NCBI GenBank assembly: GCA_041691135.1
Contig: JBEPVF010000005.1
Coordinates: forward strand, 21,639-85,638
Direction: 5' to 3'
Source of the DNA: Candidatus Peribacteria bacterium
GTDB lineage: Bacteria; Patescibacteriota; Gracilibacteria; Peribacterales; Peribacteraceae
Length of the DNA stretch: 64,000 bases
Shown here: positions 1 through 9,335 of the stretch, piece after piece
Position numbering within the stretch: the stretch's first letter is position 1
Layout: each line of letters begins with the position of its first letter
Made by a program: the position numbers and the translations under genes
Notes under the pieces: model-generated
Seen by the model: the letters and a program-made list of their open reading frames with translations, nothing else
Databases searched by the model: none
What the model was told of the DNA's origin: nothing

Positions 1-326
1 ACCGTTATCTCTTCTCCTTTGCCCGATTCAAGCGCGCGGGCAATCTCCTCCGTCGTCATCGATGGACGCAAAATGAAATTGCCGGCCTTGAGTGACGCTT
101 CAACTTTGTGCAGTTTTGAATAGATGCGGAACATCAATTCCGACCGGATCAGATCTTTCTTCTTGAGGATGCTCGCAATGCTTTTCAGCGATACGCCTTG
201 GGGAATCGTCACACTCACCCGTACGTCGTCGTGCGAATTGATCGGCGATAACGAATGATGGTAATAGGCCAAACCAAGAAGGCCGATGATGACAATCGCC
301 GCAATGAGCGATGTACGTTTTTTCAC
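1..326 (-). CDS. mltG: endolytic transglycosylase MltG (5' part, truncated by window edge)
   Basis: Manual translation from GTG at 326: short basic N-terminus, TM helix, VTIPQGVSLKSIASILKKKDLI, LKAGNFILRPSMTTEEIARAL; typical MltG/YceG N-terminus. Confidence 0.85.
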   Translation of the reverse strand, partial: MKKRTSLIAAIVIIGLLGLAYYHHSLSPINSHDDVRVSVTIPQGVSLKSIASILKKKDLIRSELMFRIYSKLHKVEASLKAGNFILRPSMTTEEIARALESGKGEEIT

Positions 327-361
327 AGCCAGTATCGTAGCATGAGTTGCATTACGGTTCC

Positions 362-658
362 CTACTTTTCTTCCGGCATTGCCAGGCCCATCTGGCTCAT
401 GATGCCCTGCATCTTTTCGGCCGAGACGACCTGCGCCTTCTTGAACGCGCGGTTGAGCGCATCGGTCAGGAGAGACGGAATCGACTCGCGAGGAACTTCG
501 GGTGCGATGGTAATACTGACAACTTCCTGTTCACCCGAAACGACAACCTTCACCCCTTGGGCTTCGGCTTCGACATGAATATTCTTCAGTTCTTTCTTAA
601 TGCGCTTGGCGTCCCGCTGCATCTTGAACATGTCGCGGGCTTGAGAGAAGGAGACCAT
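362..658 (-). CDS. YbaB/EbfC family nucleoid-associated protein
   Basis: 98 aa, VEAEAQGVKVVVSGEQEVVSITI...LLTDALNRA pattern. Confidence 0.88.
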   Translation of the reverse strand: MVSFSQARDMFKMQRDAKRIKKELKNIHVEAEAQGVKVVVSGEQEVVSITIAPEVPRESIPSLLTDALNRAFKKAQVVSAEKMQGIMSQMGLAMPEEK

Positions 659-700
659 AGAGAGGAGGGAAATCGCGAGGAGTGTAGGACAAATCCTTTC

Positions 701-904
701 CTATGTCAGTCCCAATAGACTCCTGATTCGTTCAAGAACTCGAGATTTTCTGGCGATTACCGGTGGTGCGTCTGGCTCTAACTCTGAGAGCCGTTCGGAT
801 CCTTTTACTGGCCTTCCTCCCCTGATAAGACGCAAGTTGGCCCTTCCATCGCCATGAGACGGATCATTGTCCTGTATGGGAACATTATCAGGTGCGAAAT
901 CCAT
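701..904 (-). CDS. small hypothetical protein
   Basis: ORF from internal ATG (MDFAPDNVP...), co-oriented with neighbours; no recognisable motif. Confidence 0.4.
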   Translation of the reverse strand: MDFAPDNVPIQDNDPSHGDGRANLRLIRGGRPVKGSERLSELEPDAPPVIARKSRVLERIRSLLGLT

Positions 905-1009
905 AATTAAAAAAAGGAAGTAGTACGGCGCACAGTGAACTCTCAGATACATCAAAGATCAAATAATTCAGTTCGAATATTCCTCAGAATATTCTCCAAC
1001 CGAAGGCTA

Positions 1010-3619
1010 TTACCGTGTGATACCAATCCTGTCCTCGATCTCCTGATTCACAAATACTTTCTTGCGGCCGTACTTCATGCGGCTGTATTCCTTGATGAGT
1101 CCGGCCAGTTTTTCGTTGCGTTCGGATTCGTCGTAGATCGTACCCATCGAGAACGGTCGCGAACTGGTGTTGTTGACGTTGAGCTTCACATAGCAATGGA
1201 AGTTGGGAATGCCGATCACATCCTGCTCGCTGAGCACGGGCGCGAATTCTTTGGCCATGTACTCGGCATCTTCGGCGCCGATCTTGAAGCTGAGGATCGT
1301 ACCGACGTTACCGAAGACCGCATCGCGCATCTTGGTACTGGCCTGTCCGTATTCTTCGGTTTTGCCGACCAGCTGTCCGATGTACTGGTGCGCCATAATC
1401 AAACCGAGTTCGTATTTACGTGCTTCGGACAGAATCGTGGCAAACGCATCGGTGACGAAGTTCTGGAATTCGTCGACGTACAGGTAGAAACGCTTGCGCT
1501 CAGCCTGTGGCATGTCGGCGCGGCTGAGGGCGGCCATGTTCACTTTATTCACGAAGATCAATCCGAGCAGTTGTGCATTCACGTCGCCGATTTTTCCTTT
1601 GGATAAGTTCACCAGCAGAATCTTGCCCGTGTCCATGATCTCGCGGATGTTAAAGGCGCTCTTTGGTTGTCCGATGATGTTGCGCATGGTGGTGTTCGTC
1701 ACGAACGGGCCGAACTTGGCCGAGAAGTATGGAATCATTTCCTCTTTTTCGCGCGCGCCGGTCTTGGCAATTTCATGTTCCCAGAAACTGCGCACCACGA
1801 CGTTCTTGCATTTGCTCACTTTGTACCGCTGGAATTCGTCGTCCACGAATAGCCGCGGAACGTCGATGAGCGTCGCACCTTCTTCTTCGTCATCCATCAA
1901 TGTCAGACAACCGTTGCGGAAGTAGTGTTGAATACGCGGGCCGAAGATCTCGTTTCCGAACAGTTTGATGAAGATTTCCATCGCATCGAGTGACGCACGG
2001 TCTTTCTCTTCATCGGTATGCGCTTCGAGTAGGTTGAGACCCATCGGACGTTCGCTATCGGCCGGATCGAACAGGATCACGTCCTTGGCACGCTCCTTTG
2101 GTATGTGTGCAAGCACGTCCTCGATCAGGTCGCCGTGCGGATCCACCACACATAATCCGGCACCGCGCGCCACATCCTGACGCGCCTGGTAACTGATAAG
2201 CGCGGATTTACCCGAACCGGATTTACCGATGATGTACTCGTGACGGGTGCGGTCGTTGTCGAGGAAACGAATCTCGGTATCGATGGCGCGGTAGTTATTG
2301 ACTCCGAGCAGGATGCCTTCTTTGGGAACGTTTGGTGGTGGTGGCAGCACTTTGTAACTGATCCATTGAATGATCGGAATCTTGTTGTAGCGACTGTCCG
2401 GGAAGTGGTACAGACCGGCCAGCTCTTTCTCCACCATCAGATCACGCTTGTACAAGTATCCGTTAAGACGATTCTTCCAGAGCCAGTGCATGAACGGTGC
2501 GTTCCACGACAAAGGGAAAAAGTCGACGAGAATGCGGTGGTTATTGAACCAGTTGCCGTAGATGTCTTTGAACACGTTGAACGCCACCTGCATGTTGTTG
2601 GTGATGTCGAGCGCCCGCGCCCATGTCCGTCCCGATGCAAGCAAACGCACCGAGCAATGGAAGCCGCTCATGCCCGCTTTTTCGCCCATACGTTTGTACA
2701 GTTCTTCTTCGGGTTGAATCATGCGGACGAAGGAATCACCATGATCGGCGCCCGGTGCGAAACTCGATCCTTCGGTTCCAGTCGTAATGCCGCCGATCAC
2801 ACCCATCAAGGTGGAAAGAATCGGAATGTGCGCCGCCCAACTGTCATTCTTGCCTTTGAATTTGAGTGACGCGTAGCGCTTAACCGCCCTGCTCCATTTA
2901 TCGCTGAATACCGGCGTGATCACCAGCTGGATCGCCGCCGTTTCGTCCACGTCCATTTTACTGAGCACGTTGGCGATATCATTCAACGGATCATCCTGCA
3001 TCTGATCGTACATGCGGATCGGAAAAATAAATTTCTTGCGCGTGACCATGTTGTAGCCGACCAGCTTGTAACCTTTCTGCCAGATTTCCGGCGTGTGCTG
3101 ATGGCGCACTTCGGCATCCGGATAAAAAGCAGTGATCTGTTTCTCGACGATCGATACGAGGTTCGGCTGGGTGATGACATAGAACGTGAGTTCGCCTCCT
3201 TCGACGTACATTTCAAAACTGATCGTGGCGTACCGGAAAATCCAGAAGTGCATCAATCGCCAGAAGGTGAGATCTTTGACCTCCCACAGCGCACGGTACA
3301 ACTGTTCCATGATGGCGACTTTCTCTTTGAAATCCTTCTCGGTCCGTTTCTCCTGATCAATCTTACTGTCGGTGCGAGGCAGCAGCACTTTCATGTGCAC
3401 CAGCTTGTGCGACATGGTGAGTGCGTAGACGAAACGTGTGTGGAAGACGAAAAAGCGCCACAGGAAATAGGCGCCGACTACACTGGCAAGGAATTCGGGC
3501 GGATGCGCCAGAAAAAGCAGCCACAGATAGTTCCACACATTCAGATGAAATACCCAGGTCGCCGCAATAATGCAGATCCATACGAAGGGCCAGGCGAAGA
3601 GTTGCAGAAAGGGTACCAC
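1010..3619 (-). CDS. TrwB/VirD4-like (type IV coupling protein/HerA-related) membrane-anchored ATPase
   Basis: N-terminal TM segments, Walker A GKSGSGKS, DPHGDL, Walker B LYVDEFQNF, SEARKY..LIMAHQY. Confidence 0.85.
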   Translation of the reverse strand: MVPFLQLFAWPFVWICIIAATWVFHLNVWNYLWLLFLAHPPEFLASVVGAYFLWRFFVFHTRFVYALTMSHKLVHMKVLLPRTDSKIDQEKRTEKDFKEKVAIMEQLYRALWEVKDLTFWRLMHFWIFRYATISFEMYVEGGELTFYVITQPNLVSIVEKQITAFYPDAEVRHQHTPEIWQKGYKLVGYNMVTRKKFIFPIRMYDQMQDDPLNDIANVLSKMDVDETAAIQLVITPVFSDKWSRAVKRYASLKFKGKNDSWAAHIPILSTLMGVIGGITTGTEGSSFAPGADHGDSFVRMIQPEEELYKRMGEKAGMSGFHCSVRLLASGRTWARALDITNNMQVAFNVFKDIYGNWFNNHRILVDFFPLSWNAPFMHWLWKNRLNGYLYKRDLMVEKELAGLYHFPDSRYNKIPIIQWISYKVLPPPPNVPKEGILLGVNNYRAIDTEIRFLDNDRTRHEYIIGKSGSGKSALISYQARQDVARGAGLCVVDPHGDLIEDVLAHIPKERAKDVILFDPADSERPMGLNLLEAHTDEEKDRASLDAMEIFIKLFGNEIFGPRIQHYFRNGCLTLMDDEEEGATLIDVPRLFVDDEFQRYKVSKCKNVVVRSFWEHEIAKTGAREKEEMIPYFSAKFGPFVTNTTMRNIIGQPKSAFNIREIMDTGKILLVNLSKGKIGDVNAQLLGLIFVNKVNMAALSRADMPQAERKRFYLYVDEFQNFVTDAFATILSEARKYELGLIMAHQYIGQLVGKTEEYGQASTKMRDAVFGNVGTILSFKIGAEDAEYMAKEFAPVLSEQDVIGIPNFHCYVKLNVNNTSSRPFSMGTIYDESERNEKLAGLIKEYSRMKYGRKKVFVNQEIEDRIGITR

Positions 3620-3675
3620 GGGAAAGGCCGCGTGAGCGTTCGGAATTAAGTGAGAGAATACAGCATAATCCTTTT

Positions 3676-3684
3676 ATTATAGCA
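3676..3684 (-). promoter_or_regulatory. extended -10 promoter element TGCTATAAT
   Basis: Exact TGnTATAAT just upstream of the ATPase gene. Confidence 0.6.
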
Positions 3685-3812
3685 GAAAATCGGCTTTTGA
3701 GGTAGGGCAGGCTGAGCGAAGAATTCTCCATCCTACGCGCTGCATTCTAAACGAATTTGGCATGGGCAACTTCATTCCGACTTGAGAAGTAACCGCGAAA
3801 GTCTGGGCATCC

Positions 3813-4877
3813 TCATTGGCATTGCGCCACGTGCATCTTCATCTCACGCCGTCCCCCTGTTTTGGCGCTGAAAATAAACGTGTAATCCCCTTCTGTCGAC
3901 GGCGTAAAGGAATATTCTTCGCCCTTTACGATCCAATTTTCAACGGAAGAGCGCATGCCGTCGGGATACTGTACGGAACGCACGACGAACGAATCGGAGG
4001 CTTGTAACGTAAGCGTCGATCCCAGGCGCAGAACATTCGGCACACCAGGAGTCAGGATGACACCGCGTCTGATTACCTGGTGATACTGTACTTGCTGACC
4101 GCATCCGTTCACCAAGTTCACATCGCCCAGCCGCTGGAAGGTCGCCATGATCTTTCCCTTGGAGCGATCGGCAATACTCGTAAACGCCGCCAAACTCAGA
4201 TCCATATCGCGGCCCGGCACGAACGGCCCACGGTCGTTGATGCGCACGGTCACGCTTTTCCCATTGTCGACATTCGTCACCTTCACGAGCGTATTGTAGG
4301 GAAATGTCCGATGGGCAGCCGTCAGCGTGTTCATGTCAAATTTTTCGCCGAACGCGGTGCCCGCCCCCTGGAATTTTTCGGAATACAAACTCACTTCATG
4401 CTGTTCATTCAGCAGAAGTTCATCGAACTTCATCATTAATGTTGTCAGCTCGTCGGTAGTGAGAGACTTGTCGACGATCGTCTTTTTCCCGTCACCATCG
4501 GTCAGAACAAAATCGCCAAGCGGATAGCGATCGAGAAGCACCGGAAGATTGTCGACAGTCAGCTGATCGATGTCATCCACATTGCGCGTGCGCATCAGCC
4601 ACAGGAGCGCCGTCTCGACGTTGAGCGATTGATCCGGATGAAAAGCCTCCGCCTCGTCGATGAGGCCGCGTTTCTCGGCATAGGTGATTTCAGTAAAGCC
4701 AGGATCCCCAACGGGCACATCGGCGAATACCGCCTTTTTGCTCGTCTCGGCCGGCCGATGAATGGCATTCCACAGCAGCAAAAATCCATCTCGCCGCGTG
4801 ATCGCCGTATCAGTGGCAAAGGCAGAGAGCGGAAGAAAAAGAAGAACGAGAAAGATCGCAGAAAACTTTTTTAACAT
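3813..4877 (-). CDS. rlpA: septal ring lytic transglycosylase RlpA family protein with SLH-like N-terminal domain
   Basis: Signal peptide; FADVP SLH-like segment; TAAHRTFPYNTLVKVTN..VRINDRGPF..DLS DPBB motif. Confidence 0.85.
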   Translation of the reverse strand: MLKKFSAIFLVLLFLPLSAFATDTAITRRDGFLLLWNAIHRPAETSKKAVFADVPVGDPGFTEITYAEKRGLIDEAEAFHPDQSLNVETALLWLMRTRNVDDIDQLTVDNLPVLLDRYPLGDFVLTDGDGKKTIVDKSLTTDELTTLMMKFDELLLNEQHEVSLYSEKFQGAGTAFGEKFDMNTLTAAHRTFPYNTLVKVTNVDNGKSVTVRINDRGPFVPGRDMDLSLAAFTSIADRSKGKIMATFQRLGDVNLVNGCGQQVQYHQVIRRGVILTPGVPNVLRLGSTLTLQASDSFVVRSVQYPDGMRSSVENWIVKGEEYSFTPSTEGDYTFIFSAKTGGRREMKMHVAQCQ

Positions 4878-5044
4878 AGATGTCCATGGTGTCTTTTGAA
4901 GGGACGAAGGTCAATTGACAAGAGGACGGCTGATAGAGGAGGAGTCATGCAGATCGCTCTATGAGCATTTGCAAAATTTTCAGTATGGCGCTGCCGCTTT
5001 CTGCGCGGTCGGTGGAAGCTGGTCGATTCATCGCTGAAGGGTGC

Positions 5045-5140
5045 TCCCTCACCCCGGCCCTCTCCCTCCTTCCCACGCCGCAAAGGGAGTTATGACAGTT
5101 CGCGCATTACTCAGCACCAGAAACCTGCCGGGAGAGGGAG
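5045..5140. repeat. palindromic repeat CCCTCACCCCGGCCCTCTCCC...GGGAGAGGGAG
   Basis: Complementary arms around a ~60-nt insert; resembles a widespread bacterial intergenic palindrome family. Confidence 0.55.
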
Positions 5141-5188
5141 CTGTGTGTTGTGTGTGTTGTGTCTAACGAAGCTCTCTCAAATAGTTCT

Positions 5189-5237
5189 AGGCGGCTACAG
5201 CCGCCGAGCCTCTTCGCCTGCTCGCTATTCCAGGTAA
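5189..5237. repeat. dispersed repeat with GGCGGCTACAGCCGCC hairpin, copy 1
   Basis: 40 of 49 positions identical to 63952-64000 by manual alignment. Confidence 0.8.
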
Positions 5238-5403
5238 TGACCCCCTCCGCCTATGTGGTGGAGATAGGTGGTTACGAACTGTGACACAGTGAGGTGGGTC
5301 ATAGGCGGTGCGCTTCTTTTTGGTTCTTTTTCTTGTCGCGGGGAAACAAGAAAAAGAACACCAGTGGTGACTGGGAAGGTTGGTGTAAGCAAACACCTCA
5401 GAG

Positions 5404-5425
5404 CCGCGCCAAAGCATGACGCTCT
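5404..5425. repeat. REP-like palindrome, distant copy of the RAYT-flanking repeat
   Basis: CCGCGCCAAAGCATGACGCTCT, one mismatch to 40624-40645. Confidence 0.8.
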
Positions 5426-5456
5426 GAAAGTAAATGTTTACTGTTCTCTTATTCTT

Positions 5457-6812
5457 TTACAACGCATCCCATCCCTTCGCCCTTACCAAATTGTAAAGCT
5501 GAGAACGCAGATCCTGATGGAGGAATGACAAGGTCGCCGGGCCGACATTACCTGCGCCTTTGTCCGTATCGTTCTTCACGATCCCGACTGCTTTCTGAAA
5601 AGCCAACACCGCCTGTCTGGTCACATCGCCGAACAGTCCGCTGACTCTGCTCTTCGGAAAATACCCGCGATCGGCGAGCATCGTCTGCAGACGCTTTACT
5701 TGTTCACTATGATCACCTTCGACCAGGAACGTCTGGATACTCATATTTTTCTGCGCAATCAGTTGATCAATGTGGTGGAGCATAAGAATTTGTGCTGCCC
5801 GCGCTGCGACGATTTTACTGTTCCAGAGGATGAAGATTTTTTTCTGCGTCAGCGGTCCGATACGGCCTGCCCCGACCGAAGCCTCACTGCCGATCAGCTG
5901 ATGGTCTTTTTGGAAGGCAACGATGGCCTGAAAAAGTTTATCATCATATAAACCGTCGGTGCGGCCGTGGTAATAGCTAAGGAAGCGCAACGTGCGTTGC
6001 GCCGCCATGATGTCATCGGCAGAACTTCCGCGTTCGACAAACACATCCAGCGGCGGTTTCGCTTTCAATCGTTCCTGTGCCGCCTGCAACATGGCCGCTG
6101 TGTTCTCGGTCAATTGATCACCTGATTCGTCGATTCCGAAATCTTTCTGAAAAGCAACGAGCGACTTCTTCGTATCATCACCGAACAAGCCGGTGATCGA
6201 GCGCGGAAAGTAGCCGACATCTTGCAGATTCTGCTGCAACAGACGCACCGCCGGTGAGCGGTCACCCACTTTCGCGTCCATCGACAGTAAATTCACCTGA
6301 TCAGTCATGTAACTCTGGAGCAACGAAACCGGTGACGGAAGTGCGCCGAGATCGACCAGCTCTTTGGGCTGATCACTGCCGAGCGGATACACGGTGCCGC
6401 GTATGCGTTGCACACCAAATGCCAACGCACGCGCAAGTCCTTCTTCGCCGGCTCCGGCCCAGACGTCCAAACGATGGACGCCGGCATCGGTAACTTTAAT
6501 TGCACCACCGCGATCGGTTACTTTGAGCGTACCGATCCCGGGAAGTAAGATCACCGTACCGAACGGATACTCCGCCGGCGCGGCGAGCATGCCGGGATAC
6601 ACGGGCGTGCCACTGGCTCCGTTCGTGCCGTTGCCATTGAGCTCTACATCGGCCTCGTAACTTCCCTTCACATAGCAGCACTGATTGGGCAGCGGCGAGT
6701 AGTAAGCGGTGATGACGAAATCCTGCGCGTATGGTTCAGCTGACTTTGCAACGGCAAGGTTCGGAATCAAGAAGCCCAGCAGGAGCATCACGGAAATCCG
6801 TCGAGTGACCAT
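5457..6812 (-). CDS. 3D-domain protein with multiple peptidoglycan-binding domains
   Basis: Signal peptide; ITAYYS, AAP..PFGT, DRGGAI, RLDVW (3D motif); repeated LQ..L...GYF..TGLFG..T...FQK PG_binding_1 units. Confidence 0.85.
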   Translation of the reverse strand: MVTRRISVMLLLGFLIPNLAVAKSAEPYAQDFVITAYYSPLPNQCCYVKGSYEADVELNGNGTNGASGTPVYPGMLAAPAEYPFGTVILLPGIGTLKVTDRGGAIKVTDAGVHRLDVWAGAGEEGLARALAFGVQRIRGTVYPLGSDQPKELVDLGALPSPVSLLQSYMTDQVNLLSMDAKVGDRSPAVRLLQQNLQDVGYFPRSITGLFGDDTKKSLVAFQKDFGIDESGDQLTENTAAMLQAAQERLKAKPPLDVFVERGSSADDIMAAQRTLRFLSYYHGRTDGLYDDKLFQAIVAFQKDHQLIGSEASVGAGRIGPLTQKKIFILWNSKIVAARAAQILMLHHIDQLIAQKNMSIQTFLVEGDHSEQVKRLQTMLADRGYFPKSRVSGLFGDVTRQAVLAFQKAVGIVKNDTDKGAGNVGPATLSFLHQDLRSQLYNLVRAKGWDAL

Positions 6813-6942
6813 GGATGTGGATGTGAAATGTGTAACTGGTTATTGTATCACAAAATTGCCGGTTTTAACAGGCCATAGAAATGCGAAATTCCTGTACGAC
6901 AGGACGAAAACACGAGTTCGCAGGCTGATAAATTTTCGATTA

Positions 6943-7662
6943 TCAGTCCATGACCTGCATCGTCTCGACGATTGATTCGAAATACACCGTGCGGCCGCCG
7001 CACATCGAGAACTCATAATTGAACTTCTTTCCAATCACGACAACCGTCGGATATGCACAAAGACCGTTCACCGTGTATTCGACAACTGTCTGCGAACCGA
7101 TTTTCTTCCGGCGCGGATCGGTGAGTTCACTCGAACCGATCGTGGCCAGATCATGCTCGCGCTTCTTACGCAGATCGGCCAAGAGTTTATCGGCTGTTTG
7201 TGCCGGCACGAAACGAATTCTCTGTTCCCGGCAGACAGCTCCACCTTCGCAACCCGACAGCGGACCAAACACTACTGCTTGCGTCGATTCATCATATGGA
7301 TTGATCCGATACTGCGCAGTCCCCCAGGCCGGATTGTACGGTAACGACACGCGCAGACCTTTGTCGGTATTTTCGTAGAGAGTGGTGGACACCGGCGGCT
7401 CACCGTTGATGGAGGCGCCGCTTTTCACATCATCCGGAAGTAAATAGATTGCATGGGACTGTTCAATGCTCTGTGGACGCAACAATGTGCGTGTTTCCTC
7501 CGCGGCTACTGACGATGGTGCCGACGCCGACAGTGCTGCATCGGAAGAAGCGACTGATGAATCCGTTTGCACGTCCCACACGGATGTCGTACTGCACGCG
7601 CTCAGGAAAAAGAGACCGACCAGAAGTACAACAGAAGAGAACGGACGTGAAGCGATGCGCAT
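6943..7662 (-). CDS. hypothetical lipoprotein
   Basis: Lipobox LSAC after hydrophobic stretch; Ser/Ala-rich linker; start moved to the internal ATG. Confidence 0.65.
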   Translation of the reverse strand: MRIASRPFSSVVLLVGLFFLSACSTTSVWDVQTDSSVASSDAALSASAPSSVAAEETRTLLRPQSIEQSHAIYLLPDDVKSGASINGEPPVSTTLYENTDKGLRVSLPYNPAWGTAQYRINPYDESTQAVVFGPLSGCEGGAVCREQRIRFVPAQTADKLLADLRKKREHDLATIGSSELTDPRRKKIGSQTVVEYTVNGLCAYPTVVVIGKKFNYEFSMCGGRTVYFESIVETMQVMD

Positions 7663-7699
7663 ACATGGCATGATACGCAGCGGGCCACACTCTGCAAGA

Positions 7700-8695
7700 T
7701 CACTCCATGATATATGTATCCTCGACACGCATTCCGAATTTCCCGGGAAAATACACGCCCGGTTCAATGGTAATCACTTCGCGTTTCAGAATTTTCTGAT
7801 CCGGCGCGCGGCTGGAAAGACTCACTCCTTCGTGGATTTCGAGACCAACTCCATGCCCCAGCGAATGGCAGAATTTTTCTTCCAAATGCTCACGGCGGAG
7901 CACGGCGCGCGCGGCTTCATCAAGCGCTCTGGTCGATGCTCCCGGTTTGGCGAGCCGCTCGGCGGCGCGCGCGGCTTCGTTGAGTGCCTCATAAACGCGA
8001 CGCTCTTCGCGGGTGGGGGCAGCCGTAAAGAACACTTGGCTGGCATCGCTGCAGTATCCGTCGAATTTTGCACCGACATCAATCTGTACCAAATGCCCCT
8101 TCTTGAGCACACGTGTGGTGGGCATATGGTGGACATGCGCCGTATTCGAACCGAACGCGACGATCGTCGGAAATGCCATCCCCTCCGCCCCGAGTTCCAA
8201 CGCCCACATCTGCAATTGTCGTGCCAACTTTTGTTCGGTAATAGAGGTGCGCAAACTGCCCGGCACCCGACGCAACAATTCACGCGTGATTTTTTTGGCG
8301 CGCCTGATCAGTCGCAACTCATCATCATCTTTCGATCGGCGATATTCTTGAATCACTCCGGCGGTGCGGACGAATGTGACGGACTTGAATTTCTTTTTCC
8401 ACCCCGCGAACCGGGTCACACTCACCTCATCTGCTTCGTAGCCACATGCATCGAGCGTGCGCATCATTTTTTCGAACGCATCCATCGGCTTCACTTCGAT
8501 TCCGCGTTCGATAAGTTTCGCCGGATACGTGAGGAAGGGCAAATGCGTGAAATAGACATAGCGCTTGGGCAGCACCAAGAGCAAACCGCCGTCAGCCTCC
8601 TTCCCCAACAGATACTTGATATGGATCGGATCCGTTACGAGCAAAGCCGGTAGTTTCGCCGCCGTCAGCAGGGCACGTGATGAAGTGGGACGCAT
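7700..8695 (-). CDS. Xaa-Pro aminopeptidase (M24 family)
   Basis: IDVGAKFDGYCSD, HSLGHGVGLEIHE, TIEPGVY..GMRVED. Confidence 0.92.
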   Translation of the reverse strand: MRPTSSRALLTAAKLPALLVTDPIHIKYLLGKEADGGLLLVLPKRYVYFTHLPFLTYPAKLIERGIEVKPMDAFEKMMRTLDACGYEADEVSVTRFAGWKKKFKSVTFVRTAGVIQEYRRSKDDDELRLIRRAKKITRELLRRVPGSLRTSITEQKLARQLQMWALELGAEGMAFPTIVAFGSNTAHVHHMPTTRVLKKGHLVQIDVGAKFDGYCSDASQVFFTAAPTREERRVYEALNEAARAAERLAKPGASTRALDEAARAVLRREHLEEKFCHSLGHGVGLEIHEGVSLSSRAPDQKILKREVITIEPGVYFPGKFGMRVEDTYIME

Positions 8696-8902
8696 AACCA
8701 AATCTAAAGTAACTCCAGACCACTGTTTTGGGAAGCAAAATAGGCAGTGTGAATGGCTCACTAAAGAGCCAAACGCTATTTTTGCTCTCTTTACGACTCA
8801 TTGATAATCCCTTCCTCAGCCACTTCGCCCATCTCTGTCACCTCGGTCACTTTTATGCCTATATTTCGTCTTTACAGCAAATTGGTAAAATAGGTAGTTT
8901 TA

Positions 8903-8911
8903 TGCTATAAT
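8903..8911 (+). promoter_or_regulatory. extended -10 promoter element TGCTATAAT
   Basis: Exact motif 26 nt before the pilin ATG. Confidence 0.6.
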
Positions 8912-8937
8912 CAGATGATTTATTCCCCTCCTGCGCC

Positions 8938-9333
8938 ATGCGCACAACCTGTTCTCGTTGGCTCACCCGATCCAGCGCCGCCGCCTGCTCCTTCTTTGCT
9001 CCGTTGCTGGCGTACGCGCAAGTATTCGGGAACAACGGCAATAACCTGGATAGCGGCCTGAACCTAGCTCAGAATATTCACGGACCCGTCCACCGGCCGC
9101 TGCGCGATCTGGTAATTATCATCATCGTCAACTTACTGAGTTTTCTGGCGCTCGTCGCCGTCATCATGATTGTCGTCGCCGGCATTTTCCTGATCATCAG
9201 CGCCGGATCGGAAGAGCATAAGAACCGTGCCAAGAACATCATCCTGTACACGATCATCGGCCTTATCGTCATACTCTTAGCCAGAGTGATCGTTGCATTT
9301 TTCCTCGTCACCCTGGTGGCAGGCGGTCAATAA
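8938..9333 (+). CDS. TrbC/VirB2-like pilin
   Basis: Signal ending AYA, two hydrophobic helices around AGI.LI.SAG.EE...AK.II.Y.IIGL. Confidence 0.75.
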   Translation: MRTTCSRWLTRSSAAACSFFAPLLAYAQVFGNNGNNLDSGLNLAQNIHGPVHRPLRDLVIIIIVNLLSFLALVAVIMIVVAGIFLIISAGSEEHKNRAKNIILYTIIGLIVILLARVIVAFFLVTLVAGGQ

Positions 9334-9335
9334 TT

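Noticed and set aside
7466-8653. 395-aa + strand ORF
   Set aside because: Antisense shadow of the M24 peptidase; no motif of its own
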